64,000 nucleotides of DNA, from positions 2,650,340-2,714,339 of the forward strand of contig NC_068984.1 of NCBI RefSeq assembly GCF_001194135.2. The letters are read 5' to 3'. Every line of letters starts with the position of its first letter. Positions within the stretch are counted from its first letter, which is position 1. This DNA comes from Octopus bimaculoides. Lineage: Eukaryota. The translations under genes were made by a program, and so were the position numbers. Positions 12,195 to 27,372 of the stretch are shown here, in pieces. A model generated the notes under the pieces. That model was not told the origin of the DNA. It did not search any database and worked only from the letters and a program-made list of their open reading frames with translations.

Positions 12195-13222
12195 AACAAT
12201 AAACAAGATGAGGACAAATATCCATCAAATGTAAATAATGTACATAATTCCTCATCTCTTAAATATAGAACTGTACCAAAATATATTATTTGTTTCATTT
12301 CAACACCAATATATCAGACTTCTATGCTAAATATCCTGATATTTAGTTTAAGCCTCTACAAATCTAAAGTTCACTTGAGTTGCCTTTCATTGCCAACGAG
12401 AAGGCTTCTAAACGATCATTTTTGACTTGCTAACATTAACAACCAAATCTCACTTATTAACACTCTTCTGTTTTAAAACTGTATCAGGCATATATAGTGT
12501 AAGATCTTTTATTATTGAAAATATTACAACTGGTGATACACTAGGCCGATTCAATCGACTCTTAGCTGCTAGAATAGTTTTTTTTTGTATCAAACAAAAT
12601 TCATATTTGTATTTATTGTAATATTTATAATTATGAGTAGTAACTGTTGTAAACTAGAAACTTTAGAATTTGCAGATAAATTCAAATTTAAAGAATACAA
12701 AATTCCTGTCTTTGAGGAAACATTTCGGCCAGCCAAAATCCCGAGCGAACCAGATTCAAACAGAATTAAATAACAGAAAGAAAAAAGTAAAGAAAAAATA
12801 AGACCAACAGTTTTTTTTTTATGAAAGTATGATTAACCAAGGAATTTCATTCAATTCTTGAGTAATTGATTTTCTTAGTGACCTTTCCTGTTATTTCTTG
12901 AAGTCATCTTAACATTTGCAAAATAAGCGCCAATTTAAAGAGATTCAGGAAGGGACCAGCTAAGCGGAATGTACTTCACAAGTAGATATTAATATTTCTG
13001 ATTCACTTTATCTTTTCTATTTATTTGTGTAATTTCCACAAAAAACTCCGAAAAACAACCGAATCAACAAATAAAAACAGTGGATATTCAAATGACCCAA
13101 ACTTTTTCTAAATTTGTTTCTTTATATACGATGGGAAACTTTTCCGAAGAATTACTAACAATTATTCATTGAGTTTCTCATTTCGCTTCTTTTAAATTTA
13201 CTCACATACATGCAAGAGCATA

Positions 13223-13293
13223 TACATACATACATACATACATACATACATACATACATACATACATACATACATACATACATACATACATAC
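13223..13293. repeat. (CATA)n microsatellite
   Basis: Direct reading; it abuts the R4-like fragment. Confidence 0.95.
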
Positions 13294-13301
13294 GCGCCTA
13301 T

Positions 13302-14130
13302 ATGAGCAGAAGACTATGTATGCATAGATATGTTAGAAGAAAGCTCCGTGATGATAGTAACATCGATCATCAAAGCAGTCTATTTTGGACCAATAACCGG
13401 ATTACTACCTCCAACTTTGAAGGGTATGCGTTGGCAATCCAGGAACAGGAAATATCAACCAAATACCTGACGCACAAAAGGGATAGAGATGCAGGAAAAG
13501 TAGTAAAGTATGACAACCCATGCAAACTTTGTGGAGTTCACACTAAAGATATCACCCACNNNNNNNNNNNNNNNNNNNNNNNNNNNNNNNNNNNNNNNNN
13601 NNNNNNNNNNNNNNNNNNNNNNNNNNNNNNNNNNNNNNNNNNNNNNNNNNNNNNNNNNNNNNNNNNNNNNNNNNNNNNNNNNNNNNNNNNNNNNNNNNNN
13701 NNNNNNNNNNNNNNNNNNNNNNNNNNNNNNNNNNNNNNNNNNNNNNNNNNNNNNNNNNNNNNNNNNNNNNNNNNNNNNNNNNNNNNNNNNNNNNNNNNNN
13801 NNNNNNNNNNNNNNNNNNNNNNNNNNNNNNNNNNNNNNNNNNNNNNNNNNNNNNNNNNNNNNNNNNNNNNNNNNNNNNNNNNNNNNNNNNNNNNNNNNNN
13901 NNNNNNNNNNNNNCAGGTTTATACCTGTAATTATTGGGGCCCTGGGATATGTAACACACTGACGAAATACCACTCTTGAGAAATTCGACTTCTCAAAACC
14001 AGAAAGGAGAAAGCTGATACGAAGACAACAGGTTCAATCCATCACTGGAACTGTAAAACTCTGTAAAAGTTTCCAGAAGTTTATCATTTAAATATATATG
14101 AGCATGTCTAGATATGCAACTATATGCATG
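13302..14130 (+). mobile_element. 5'-truncated R4/Dong-like non-LTR retrotransposon (zinc knuckle plus restriction-like endonuclease), interrupted by an N gap
   Basis: NFEGYALAIQEQEISTKYL..PCKLCGVHTKDITH (CCHC start); after the gap RFIPVIIGALGYV..QSITGTVKLCKSFQKFII*. Same family as 60815-61400. Confidence 0.8.
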
Positions 14131-14796
14131 AGAATACATACATACATGCATACATACAAACTTACATACATGCATTCATGCATACATACATACATACATA
14201 CAAAGATACATACATACGTGCATGCATACAAGCGTGTATATATATATATATCCCAATATATGCGTCCATATATCGGTGTGTGCTTGTGTGCCTATTTGTA
14301 TGCGTGTGTATGTATGTTTCTTGAGTGTACATCTATCCTATAAGTCACCTTCTTTTATGAGCAATATATATAACTGTCAACTTTTGGAACACCATAAATA
14401 GAAATCATAGAGCTGAAGATTGGAAGAACAGCCGACAATCTTTCTCCATAAACACTTGACGATGCCAATAAAAAGTGCCAAATGAAAATCATGCTTCCTT
14501 GGCAAAAACGGTTGCAACGAATCCTGCGAGAAGAAATCTGTCTCCAAAACAAACAAAAATGTCGATCATAGTAAAAGACTTGAAAATGTTCAAAGTGAAA
14601 TAAAACCATCTTGAAACAACGTATGAAAAAATGTAGCCAACATCTTCCAGAATATACGAAGCCACCATTTATCACTTTTCTCAAATTCAAAAGAATACAT
14701 CCGTGCAATCCACCAGAACCGAAAAATTATTCGAAATAGAGAGGATACCAAGCAATGTGAGTATTTCTCTTTCTAAGATTCATTTTAGTAATATGT

Positions 14797-15012
14797 AAGG
14801 CGGCGAAGCTGCCAGAATCGTTAGCATACCGGAAAAATGTTCGGCGACATTTCGTCCGTGTTTAAATTATGAGTTCAAATTCCGCCGAGGTCGACTTTGC
14901 CATTCATCTTTTCGGGGTCGGTACAATAAGTACCAGTTGAACACTGGGGTCAATGTAAGGGACTAATCCCCTCCCCCGAAATAGCTAGTCTTGTACCAAC
15001 ATTTGAAACCAA
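14797..15012 (+). mobile_element. SINE family B copy
   Basis: aaggcggcgaagctgccagaatcgttagc...gagttcaaattccgccgaggtcgactttgccattcatcttttcggggtcg. Confidence 0.85.
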
Positions 15013-15284
15013 TATTAGAAACATAAATAAAAGTACTAAAATATACGTAAATTCATGCAATTTTATCAACGACGAGGTAAGATTCTGGCAACGCAATGAA
15101 ATAAGCAAATCAGGTTGAAGGTTTCATCCTGCGTTGCTCTTATATAACATTAAAGGGAAATAATCAGTTTAACAGCTAACGCCAGATGTGGTCTGGTCAA
15201 CCCACAGAAAAGTGAACAAGCGGCGGGTGGGGGTAGGGCGTTAAACAAACGTATTTTAGATACCATAAACATAAATAAAAGACA

Positions 15285-16250
15285 TAACAAAATGGAAACA
15301 CAACAGTGTCAGTGTTCAGCGATTTAGCGATATCGAAGATAAATCTTAACACGAATTCATTCAGGTGGATATCATAAAATACCGCTCATCCATTTCTAAA
15401 GTTTCTTTTCAAAGCTCCTAGAATCGGGAAAGTATGCTCCACCATAGTTAACACCGATATCAATATTATAGCGAATGCGAGGAAGATGTTATTTTATGAC
15501 AGTTTCTTCTGGGTTAAAAGACACAAAAATAAATTTATGCTTTCAATATTAGCTTTCAGTGGAACAGATATTTTGGATACGCTTGAATTATACATCATAC
15601 ACGCACCGAAAAAACAGAACGAGATCATCCAACATAGAACTTTACAGAGACAACGAAATTGTTGTATTCCACCACATAAGCGGACACGAAATAGACAGAC
15701 TTAAGATAAAGATGGTTTGCATCATTAAAGAATTGAATTTAAATTTTCGATATAAACTAATTGGAAAATAGCACATTTACTAGATGCAACACGAAGCCTA
15801 AACACTGGCAAGAACTGTTGCAACATTTAACCCCACACAGAAACGAACACAATGAAATATTCTGTCACCGGTTTACCATAATACAACATATTATACACGA
15901 CATTAGCAGACAAATAACTAATTTATTATGGAACAGAAATATTTCCCTACACTAACTCGAAGGTTTATTACAAGAAGAAATACATAGAACAACTGGCACT
16001 AAGCGATAACAACGTATTTTTAAAAATAACCTGATATAATAGATCTAACAGAGTACATTTGTTCAGAAATATTACTAAAAAGAATTCTTCACTGTTGAAT
16101 ACGGATGTCACAAAATCTTCACCTATAAAAGTTGGAGCTGTGTGGATATTATAGAATTCCGAATCTATAACCATAACCACTATTCTGTAAAATCTACAGA
16201 AACAGCGAAACCTGAATGCAACTGCAGAGATACGACTGGGTGAGTTTTGG
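15285..16250 (+). mobile_element. Penelope-like element reverse transcriptase pseudogene
   Basis: Frameshifted motifs in order: FIQVDIIKY, NARKMLFYDSFFWVKRHKNKF, ELYRDNEIVVFHHISGHEIDRLK (YRDD site mutated), HLLDAT, and a final KPECNCRD. Confidence 0.8.
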
Positions 16251-16352
16251 ATATAAATTGTCCGTCTACGTTGACAGATTTAACTGCTTTAACTGGGTAT
16301 GGATGTGATTATGTAAATATGTGTGTGTGTGTATGCATGTGTTCTTATATGC

Positions 16353-16389
<37 letters not shown>

Positions 16390-17029
16390 TTGATAAACAT
16401 ACATACATATATCATGTATGTATGTATTTCGGAGCTATCACTATTTAGCAAGTCACTTGATCTACGAGTGTTGAAAGTGAAGGAATCATATCCTGGAAGA
16501 ACCAATTCCTCACAAAACAAAAAAAAAACCTCTGTCAAATTCACTTTTTCTCTTATTTCTTTCGGCATCAACACCTTCGTTGCACAATTGCATCATGGTT
16601 ACTGACCAAGTTCCACAACACTGACCAGATGGCAGTTCTGCAATGAGATGTTACTCCACGAAATATATGGTTAATAAATAAAGGTAACAGCTTCTGTGTC
16701 ATTCTAGTCGAGTAAAAGAGCTCTTTCACGTTATATATACACACATATACATCCATCCATTCATACATAAATACATACATACATACATACATGCATGCAC
16801 ACATATATACATATATGTGTGTGTGTGTGTGTGTGTGTTAATGTGAGCGTATGTGTGCGCGTGTATGCATGTGTATAATTCAATCAAGTAACGACAGTAA
16901 TCCAAGAGATCGATGCACAAACAATGGAAATACTTCTTCACATTTATTGTCTTCCTAAAATCCAGCCCAAATCTCATCAGGAGGACGTCTTCAGAGCAGA
17001 AAGGACATACACACACATATACTTGCATA

Positions 17030-17225
<196 letters not shown>

Positions 17226-18404
17226 TATATATATATGTATACATTTATATATATATGCTTACATATGCACACATGCATATGTACATACACACACAGACAC
17301 ACACACAAACACACACAAACACACACACATACACACACACTCTCACTCTCACTCTCTCTCACACAAATTCTCTCTCTCTTTCTCTCTCACACACACAAAC
17401 ATGTATATATAACCGACAAGCTCCATTGAGAAAATGTATCATAAAACTTCCCGTTGGTCCATAAACGCTCATATTTTCAATTATTTTACTAAAATTCAAG
17501 TATGTTTCTATTTATCGATCACAATATGATGGCTATTTGCACTTTATGGTGTATGAAATGCTTGGCTTCTTACTCTTTCAATGTTTAGTTTTGCTGCTAT
17601 AAACGTGTTCTTCCTACTCACCATATCCCGTTGATAACAATCGACAATAATATGGACACATATGTTAGACATTATTATGTATGGTTTGTGTCTTTTTTTT
17701 ATCTTTCTGAAAGCTCTATAAATATTATCTGCTGTGTTCGTTGTTTTGCTGTTTCAGCAACACATTATGCAAACAGAAGCTAGTTTGATAAACGAGTTTA
17801 CTTTCAGGTTCAGCTAACGATGTCAGGTCAATTGAGCTTACGTTTGATTTCCAGTTTTATATTTTGAATCCACAAATTGATGTTGGTCTCGTTACTGCCT
17901 TTCATCCTGCCAGCTTCGATAAAGTAAGTACCATTACCATAATAGCGTTACATCATTCGACAATAACTCCAGTAACTCGTAAAAACTGGTAACCTTGTAC
18001 CAGGGATATAAATCATAGTTGGTTTACAATTAGACTTTTGTAGTTTCATAGAAGAAAATTGCCAATACTAAACAACGATCTCAAATTGTAGATCAGTAAT
18101 TATTTTGTCGTTTAGCATTCTCTGACAGACTGCAATAGCAAAACTTTGTCAAACTTCTTATTATGTTCAATATTAAGTCTGCATATACAATATATAATCA
18201 CACGAAGATTATGTTTAACAGTTCATGTTAATCTTAATTAATCTGAATGCGATTAGCGCAAATTTAACAGCATTAAATACAAAACGGCTGCAAGAAAAAT
18301 TACAGTTTTATTTCTATTTAAAGATTTTCTTTTGTTGCTGAAATAAGTAAGGAAGTCTTGAATAAGTTCTGGGTCAACAATATAAGTCAGGTTGATAGTA
18401 TTTA

Positions 18405-18479
<75 letters not shown>

Positions 18480-19360
18480 ATATCTATCTGTCTATCTTCA
18501 AAAATATTGTCTGTTTGTCTCTCTCTGCATACACACACATACACACACACACTCTCTCTCTCTCTCTCTCTCTCATACACATACGAATACAAACACACGA
18601 ACACACACAGACATATATATATGCACGTTGCATATATGTAGNNNNNNNNNNCTATCTATCTATCTATTTGTGTGTGTATGTATGTATGTATGTATGTATG
18701 TATGTATGTATGTATGTATGTATATAAATAACAATACAAAGCTGACTCTTTACAAATCATTTGTCTTACCATGCCTGTTGTATTCTTGTGAAACATGTCT
18801 AGCTATCTATCTAGCTAGCTAGCTATTTGTCTGTCTTTTGATTCAATCCTTTGCTACTCGGAGTTTCTCGCTATTGAAATATATGCTTTGAAATATATTT
18901 ATTGACCTCGACATTATTAAGAAAGTTACCGTCAAAACTGCCTTTTTTGTGCTTTGTATGTGTTCTAATAATGTCCTGTGCTCTGCATTCCATCAATGTT
19001 TCTAATTTCTTGGAGATCAGACTTCGGTCCTGGCCTACGCTTTAATGCTTCTTACAAGGCCCCCTGTGTTCGGTTTTGTTCCGCACACTCCCACTCCTAC
19101 GCATCAACTATTTACTTGCTGTCGTCATCAATACTGTCCTCTCCTATACAGATGGTAGTACTCTTCAGTAGATCCTAAACAACTGCACCCGAAGATTCCT
19201 CTCCATAGAAGTTAGACATCGTGCTTGCAATCTACGCTAGTTCTATACTCAAAGACCTCCAAAACATCCTTCAGTGAGATTAAATCAAGCCTCTCGCCTT
19301 CAACAACAAAAATTGCATCGACGAAACATTATCGCAGCTCCCCTCCAACTTAAACATGTC

Positions 19361-19797
19361 CAGCCTTGTGAGTGGATTTGGTAGACGGAAACTGAAAGAA
19401 ACCCGTTGTATTTATATATTTATGTATTATATATNNNNNNNNNNNNNNNNNNNNNNNNNNNNNNNNNNNNNNNNNNNNNNNNNNNNNNNNNNNNNNNNNN
19501 NNNNNNNNNNNNNNNNNNNNNNNNNNNNNNNNNNNNNNNNNNNNNNNNNNNNNNNNNNNNNNNNNNNNNNNNNNNNNNNNNNNNNNNNNNNNNNNNNNNN
19601 NNNNNNNNNNNNNNNNNNNNNNNNNNNNNNNNNNNNNNNNNNNNNNNNNNNNNNNNNNTGCATGTATATATCTGTATATATGTATGTATTTGTGTGTCTG
19701 TGTTTGTCTCCGCACCATCACTTGACAATCGATGTTGGTGTGTTTACGCCTCCGTAACTTAGCGGTTCGGCAAAAGAGACCGATAGAATAATTACTG
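19361..19797 (+). mobile_element. SINE family A, partial, with an N gap inside its central microsatellite
   Basis: gccttgtgagtggatttggtagacggaaactgaaagaaaccc [TA/N] ttgacaatcgatgttggtgtgtttacg...cggcaaaagagaccgatagaata. Confidence 0.85.
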
Positions 19798-20770
19798 CTT
19801 TGAGATGTTCACTCTGAGATAAAGAACTATTTTGAAAAGTGGAGATAAAACAACAGAAATGAAGAAAATGTCTTGAATATTTAAATGTTTGAGAGACAAG
19901 GTAAAGAAATACAGAGTCGCAGACAAAGGAAATGTTTATAAGATTAAGTTAAAATAAAAGAAATTTTCAAGACAGACGGTTATTCTGGTATTTGCTATTG
20001 TTCAGCATTGATAAAACAGACATAAAAGCGTTCCATCCGTGACTATATTTAGATATAGTGGTGTCCAGAACTACATTATCCAATGTCACCTTTTATTAAA
20101 AGGCTGTAGAAGTGTAATTTGAAAGAGACAGAGAGAGAGAGAAAGAGGGAGGGAAAGAGTGACAGTGAGAGAAAGAAAGAGAGCGAGAAAGAGAGGGAGA
20201 GGAGAGAGAGATTTAACTGCTTTTTTGTTAGCTGGTCGAGTGGCCATATGATGTTTGTCCTGTTAACCCTGTAAAATATAGAGTTCTTTGTATAGGTATT
20301 TATATATGAGGTGATCCGAAAAGGAAGTAACTATTTGTTGGGGTAAACAATTGGCAATAATAGCAAATATCGAAGACTTGGCGGCGAGGAGACCATTAAA
20401 TCATGACCAGTGTCTTGTGAGTGGTGGGTGTCTATCGTAGTTATAGACAATGGCAGATTAATAGATTTATAGCTTGAAGGAATCAACGACCTGTTGGGAA
20501 ATTAACGAAGAATTGATATTCATGAAACATATGTTGAGTGTTTCTAAAGAAGAACGAATTAAGTTGTCAGTAATTTAGTTCTTAAATTCCGGTTTTAAAC
20601 AGTTCACTTCTAAGACGAGAATGACACAAATGACATCAGATTCCCATTCATTAAGAAACCTTACAAAGACTCACGGAAAACATTCTACAGAGAAATAAGC
20701 GGGAAAACACTCTAGCTTATTCTCTCGGATAAACAAAAGTCTGCACACATCTGCATATATATACTTGTAT

Positions 20771-20915
<145 letters not shown>

Positions 20916-22969
20916 TATATGTACTTATGTATACATCTGTACATATATGTGCATATTGATTATTAGAGAACAGGAGACACGATTATAGAAGTAATTTGAG
21001 AAACGTAATAAATTACATTTATATTCAATATTATTATAAAAGGCCGAGAATTTTATGGACAAATAACAATTTGGTTTTTCTCTGCTGAATAGTCCGTAAT
21101 TATCTGTGATTTCAGAGATGATACGAGAAATGGTTTTGAATAAATAATTAGTTGTTTAAACGATGAGGACATTCTCAACGAGGATTTCCCACTTCTCTGT
21201 TTTAGCTGCAGACATAATGTGTTAGTGTTTGTAATATTGATAATGACTGTATTCCGTCCGGTTGGTATCTTGGCTGGGAGAGATTTCAATTATAACGGAC
21301 TCTTGTTTGTAATTGGAGAGGCATTTCACTGGGAGATAGCAAAACAAACAAACAAACAAAAAAACAACAGTAAACATGCATAACGATAATCTGTCCACAC
21401 AACTCAGGCATCTGACACACACATACTGGCATACAGACAGACAGACAGACACACACACACACACACACACATAAACGTACGTGTGTGTGCGTAGACATAT
21501 CTCGTCTAAATGTGTGTCGGTTGTTGCTGTTTCTGTTGCGAAACACCAAAGTTCTCAACACACTATCGTGGAAGTCTCGTAAACTGTTGTGAATATGTTT
21601 ATAGCCCCTAGCTACTTCTCTATCGGTTTTAAATCAATTTCAGGCCTTTGGACATATTAACCCACACCAAACTTTCGAAGTGGTTCAAAAGCCACCGCAT
21701 AATTAGATATATATGCAGTGAAACTTTAGAAACACTCTCTCGCTTTTCTTCTTTTTCTGCCTTCATTTTATGGACAACAAACCAATTCAATTCTTTAAAT
21801 TATTTTTCCCGTACAAAGTTGTTTTGAAAGTTTTAGTGCTCCTAACAATATTGTCAAGACCTCTATAAGCTTCCTCTTCACCACATCTTGTTACTCTTCG
21901 CATTCAAGATTCTTCTCAGCATTTCTCAGCCCCTCAATCACATCCACCTTGTTGTACGTGCACCTATCCAGCTGACTTTCCTTCATTGCATTCAACAGCA
22001 TTACCAACATTCGCACCATCTTTGATCAGCTTTTTTGTGCGCGCAGCAAATGGAATAATTACGGTTCTGCCGTTAGTTTCCACCATACAGAATTTCATCT
22101 CACATCCTAAATCCCTACCCTTCGACTTAACTCTACATCACTATTTATATTCTCATTTCTCTTCCTACTCCAAAGCAATAAAACAATTATTTTCCACCGC
22201 CATAGAAATTCATTACCTTACGAGAACTCTCCTGTTTTCCGATATGTGCATAACACTTGTCTATCAGCGCCATTGCGTTATTAGATTTTACTTCAGACGC
22301 GTAAAGTATTGCGCATTCCTCGTATTCAAAATAAAAAGAAACAGAGTATCAAGTGAAAGCGAGTGCCGAACGGCAAAAAGGAGTTTTAATGGGTTTAAAA
22401 GAAAATCGTGATGTGGGAAAAGAAAAAAGTCAATCATATTACAGAAATTCTAAATCTTAGAATAGTTTTTTTTACATGTTTCAGTCATTAAACTGCGGCT
22501 ATATGGTTTTTTTCAGATTTCATGTGATCTGACACTTTGTGAGAAATGATTTTGTTCATCTTCGTAGATTGACTTCAATTGCTGTTTAATGTTAATTTCG
22601 GGGATTCAGACAGTTTCAGAAGCAGAAATATTCTGCTACAGAGATGTTTTCTATCTTGCTTTGACGAAAGTTTAACACAAATTTCTTCTTATTTGTGATT
22701 ACCATAAAGTTGAATTACTACCCAAAGACAGACATACATATTCATACACACGCACACACACACACACACATACGCACACAGACACACACGCGCGCACACA
22801 CAGACACACACTGATTTTCTTACAGTTAAATACATAGGTACAAAAGATGGTCGAAAAATAGCACTCGGAGGTAGAGTAAAGTACTGTTTACTTAAAAACG
22901 AAAAAAAATCAGAAACTGTTATGCAGTTTCACGTAACTATTCATCAGGCAACTGTGATAATACTGACTA

Positions 22970-23025
<56 letters not shown>

Positions 23026-23041
23026 NNNNNNNNNNNNNNNN

Positions 23042-23079
<38 letters not shown>

Positions 23080-24013
23080 CATACATATATATACACACGC
23101 ACACACACATATATGTATGTATATATATATGAATGAGAAGAGGAAAATGGAGAAATTGACATATAGATATCAGTTTATTCAAAGATATTCAAATCCATGT
23201 AATATGAAATTCTTATCCCTACAGCCGTTTCCATTTCCAATTAATTCAATTAGAGAAATTAAATTAAATTAATGTCAAATTTTCATATTGCAAGGATAAG
23301 TATTTCATATTATATTGATTTGAATATCTTTGAATAAATTGCTGTCTATATGTCAATTTTTCAATTTTTATTCTTTTTCTCATTCATAAATATTGTAAAT
23401 ACCCGTGGCCATCAATGCATTGAAAACGTATTTAATTTTTCACAGAACACTGGTAAAAACCGGAGAACTAGGATGCAAACATCCCTTTAAAAATATAGGT
23501 CCTTGGCAGGATTAAATTTATATATATATTTCCTGATATTAATAATAGTATGTTATAACATATATATATATACATACACACATACGTTTATGCATAAGAT
23601 GAACTGAGGGACGGTGCAGAAACAGGACAATGACATACATTTGGGAGACAGCACGGCCAATAGGTGAGCGGCGAGGTGAACAATGGCAGGAGCTCAAGGA
23701 GGGGAAAAGCTCGTCAGTGTTCTATGAACATGCTCAATTAATAACATAGATGTTAAGTTATTAAATCATAGTAAAGACACAACACTTAGACAATTTACAG
23801 AGGCCACATACATAGTAATATATATACCAAGACATAATAGAAAACATGAATGGAATACTAACAATCTCCACTTCACCGCATTACGGAATCTGACGACGAA
23901 AGACAGTGTGAGCAGAAAAAAATAAAGACAAGAACACAAACAGTATAATACATAAATCCACACACACATAATGAATATGTGACCGCAGCCACTTGGCTGA
24001 AACACATAAATAA

Positions 24014-24059
<46 letters not shown>

Positions 24060-24969
24060 GTAGATATGTATATAATTATAGGTAAATCGTTTTTAAGCTA
24101 ACAGTATATGAACGTGCAGATACGTTCATACATTGGACATGCATATACATCGATATATCGAACATATATATGCATAAACATACGTAATCTCGTTATATAC
24201 ATTAGAGATTGGCTATATGTAAATGACCAGATTATATTTGTACGACACGAAATTTCCGTCAAAAACAGCAACAACAGTAACAAAAACAGCAACAATCCCT
24301 TCATGAAATCTGCAACAACAAGAACAACTTTAACGCCTAAAATTAGGCATTCAAAAATTGTCTTATTCAATTTGGGAGAAGATATTTCCAAACTAAAACC
24401 AAAATATATTCCACTGGAATTGGAGTTGTAGAATTGAATTGTGGCGTTTATTTATTGTATTATTTTCTTTGTTTTTTAGGGAAAGACATTTTTTCTTCGT
24501 AAATCAATTTTTTTGTTAGAAAACTATATTTAGGTGAATATTGATAATATTAACAAGTTTTCTATGATAGACATTTGAGAAATTATGAATGTTAGTGAAC
24601 AAAATGTAAAGGAAAAGATATGTGTGTGTGTGTGTTTATGTGTGTGTGTGTTTATGTGTGTGTGTGTGTTTGTGTGTTTGTATGTGTGTGTTTATGTGTG
24701 TGTTTATGTGTGTGTTTATGTGTGTATGTGTGTGTGTGGGTTTGTGTGTGTGTGTGTGTTTATGTGTGTGTGCTTGTGTATGCGTTTGCGTCTGCATGTA
24801 TTTATGCGTGCTTGCGTGTGAGTGTTTGTGTGTGTGTGTATGTGTGTGTGTGTGTGTGTTTGTGTGTTTGTACGTGTGCGTGCGTGTATGTGTATTTATG
24901 TGTGTGCGCGTGTGTGTGTTTGTGTGTGTGTGCACGCGTGCGTGTGTATGGCATATTTTACTTCTGTTA

Positions 24970-25357
24970 TCTTTTACTTGTTTCAGTCATTAGACCACGG
25001 CCATGCTGGGGCACCGCGTTCAAGAGTCTTAGTCGAACGAATCGACTTCAGTACTTATTATAAAAAAAACCGGTACTAACTCTATTGATCATTTCTACCG
25101 AACCGCTAAGTTACGGGGTGTAAATACATCAACACCGGTTGTCAAGCGGTGATGGGGATAAACAAAAAGACACATACGCACGCACGCACGCACACACACA
25201 CACACACACGTACATATACACGACGGGCTTCTTTCAGTTTCCGTCTTCCAAATCCACTCACAAGTCTTTGATCGGTCGAGGTTATAGTGGAAGACCTTTG
25301 CCCAAAGTGTCATGCAATGGGAGGACTGAACCCGAGACCATGTAGTTGGGAAGCAAC
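24970..25357 (-). mobile_element. SINE family A, near full length
   Basis: Reverse complement of the 57079-57470 pattern. Confidence 0.88.
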
Positions 25358-26425
25358 TAAGCCCAAAGTTGAGACCAGTTTATTGACAAGCTTTGAGTGA
25401 ATATTATTTATGAAGAACTCAAGCCATTCTTTCATTCTTCGATTTCATTCTGGAGTTAAAACGATCGCACTACAAACAGTCAATAATTTTGATGGAGTCA
25501 CACGTTTAACAAGAATCTAACCTCTCCAACCAACGAGAGAACATGTTTCTCGATGAAATGTGTTATATAGTTTATCTTCTTTTGTGAGAAGCTGTTTACT
25601 TGACAAATAATTTGAGCAAAATAAAAATGAACCATTCTGCAAAATAATCCTGCCCACGGCAGGAAAATGTCTTGCCAAATCTCTATCCTATACATAAATA
25701 AAATTTCTTTATTTTAGTCTCTTGGACTGACTTATCTCTGCATCTATCACGAAACTACTCTTAACACTTATTTTAAATTCTTCTAAGTTTGTCAGTGTCT
25801 GCCATTCTCTTGGAGAAATCCGATGTTATCATTTTTAGATTTTGGGTGGTATCGGCTTGAATTTGTTAATTCTCTTTAATCACTCTTCGCTATTCATTTT
25901 CCTATCTCGCCCAGCTTTAACCAGATTACAATATTTTCTTCGGTTGTTCTTGTATTTCATTTCTGTTAATGTTTCATATCCATCGTGTGTTACCTGCATT
26001 TTAATAACTAATCTCATCTTCTGTGTGTGTCAACTGGAATCATTTTAACCATTTTCAGTCTGTTGAATAACCCTTATAGCACCGATGGCCATCTTTAAGG
26101 ATAACAAAAGACAGCCTACAGATTGGAGAAGGAAGTGGCGACGGCTTTTATTAAGGTTGGCCAGATATTTTTCTTCAAACTCAAAACGTGTTATCTCAAA
26201 GATTTAAAATACTGTACACACACACACAGAGACAGTCTGACAGACACACACACACACACGCACACACACACACACACACACNNNNNNNNNNNNNNNNNNN
26301 NNNNNNNNNNNNNNNNNNNNNNNNNNNNNNNNNNNNNNNNNNNNNNNNNNNNNNNNNNNNNNNNNNNNNNNNNNNNNNNNNNNNNNNNNNNNNNNNNNNN
26401 NNNNNNNNNNNNNNNNNNNNNNNNN

Positions 26426-26475
<50 letters not shown>

Positions 26476-26904
26476 AGAAGAACAACAACAACAAGTGTGT
26501 CTCATTTAGACAGTCAAAGTAGGCTGAAGTTATATATATATATATATACATGTTATTATAAATAGTACATTTACATGTATATATCCCACTTTATAAGTAA
26601 CTAGTAGAGACAAGTTGCTCCAGACTGGTATATTTGCTGAATGCCTGAGTTGCGTACATATTACTACAAACAGCATTTTCCCATTTGCATTATACAAAAA
26701 TTGTGTTCATATCGTATATACAAGTTACTAAAGACACGTATATATTCCCACTACACATGAACTATAGCCCAGTTACTATTGATACCATGTCCCCTTTCTA
26801 TGTAAACATGACTATAGATTATAGTGGTCCACGAATCCCTGGTGGTCCGCAAAGGTAGTACTGGTGTCCGTGAACAAAATTCAAACTTTCATATATATAT
26901 ATAT

Positions 26905-26967
26905 ACACGATGGGCTTCTTTCAGTTTCTATGCACCTAGTCCACTCACAAGGCTTTGGTTGGTCCGA
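26905..26967 (-). mobile_element. SINE family A fragment
   Basis: gatgggcttctttcagtttc...ccactcacaaggctttggttgg. Confidence 0.6.
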
Positions 26968-27285
26968 CGATATCTAAGCTACCAGAAAATGGAGTGGTCT
27001 GAACTAAAGGGACATTATTTTCTGAAGCATTTTGCTTGAGAAATGTTGGAAAGGAAGATTCGATATAAATACAAGAAAATCTTTGAGGGACTATTTATTT
27101 GAAAAGAGAAAAAAACACTCAATACATGTAACGGTTTTATTTATTCAATGGTGCACACGCACTCAAACGAGAAACTTGAATAATAATGAGTTTATCCTGT
27201 TTTGTCTGGGGAGAGTTATTCTCTTTTAGTGCCTTATAATTTAATACACTCACCGGTCAAATTTCCACTTATTTCTTTAATGATT

Positions 27286-27322
27286 TTAAAATTTTCGTTG
27301 TGTCTTGCAACCTTTTCAATAG
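27286..27322 (-). ncRNA. Decayed U3-A8 variant hammerhead motif
   Basis: CUA-UUGAAAA-G-GUUGC(AAGAC)ACAAC-GAA-AAUU-U-UAA. Confidence 0.45.
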
Positions 27323-27335
27323 TTTTGAGTCAAAA

Positions 27336-27372
27336 CTATTGAAAAGGTTGCAAGACGCAACGAAAATTTTAG
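27336..27372 (+). ncRNA. Minimal type I hammerhead motif with U3-A8 variant core
   Basis: CUA-UUGAAAA-G-GUUGC(AAGAC)GCAAC-GAA-AAUU-U-UAG. Stem II 5 bp perfect, palindromic stem III AAUU, stem I only 3 bp. Confidence 0.58.

Larger units (their letters stand above)
11999..12274. mobile_element. Inverted duplication (~110-bp arms) of the PLE-type hammerhead tail
   Basis: 11999-12107 is the reverse complement of 12132-12241 with about 5 differences and a 24-nt spacer. The right arm continues to the family 3' end (aaatatagaactgt). Confidence 0.88.

Noticed and set aside
16952-16990. Minus-strand CUGAUGA flanked by a stem I-like pairing (GUCCUC/GAAGAC)
   Set aside because: No GAAA, stem II or stem III between the arms.
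21053-21230. Possible terminal exon on the minus strand after tgtctgcag (..AKTEKWEILVENVLIV*)
   Set aside because: Short, no recognisable homology, and other frames are equally plausible.
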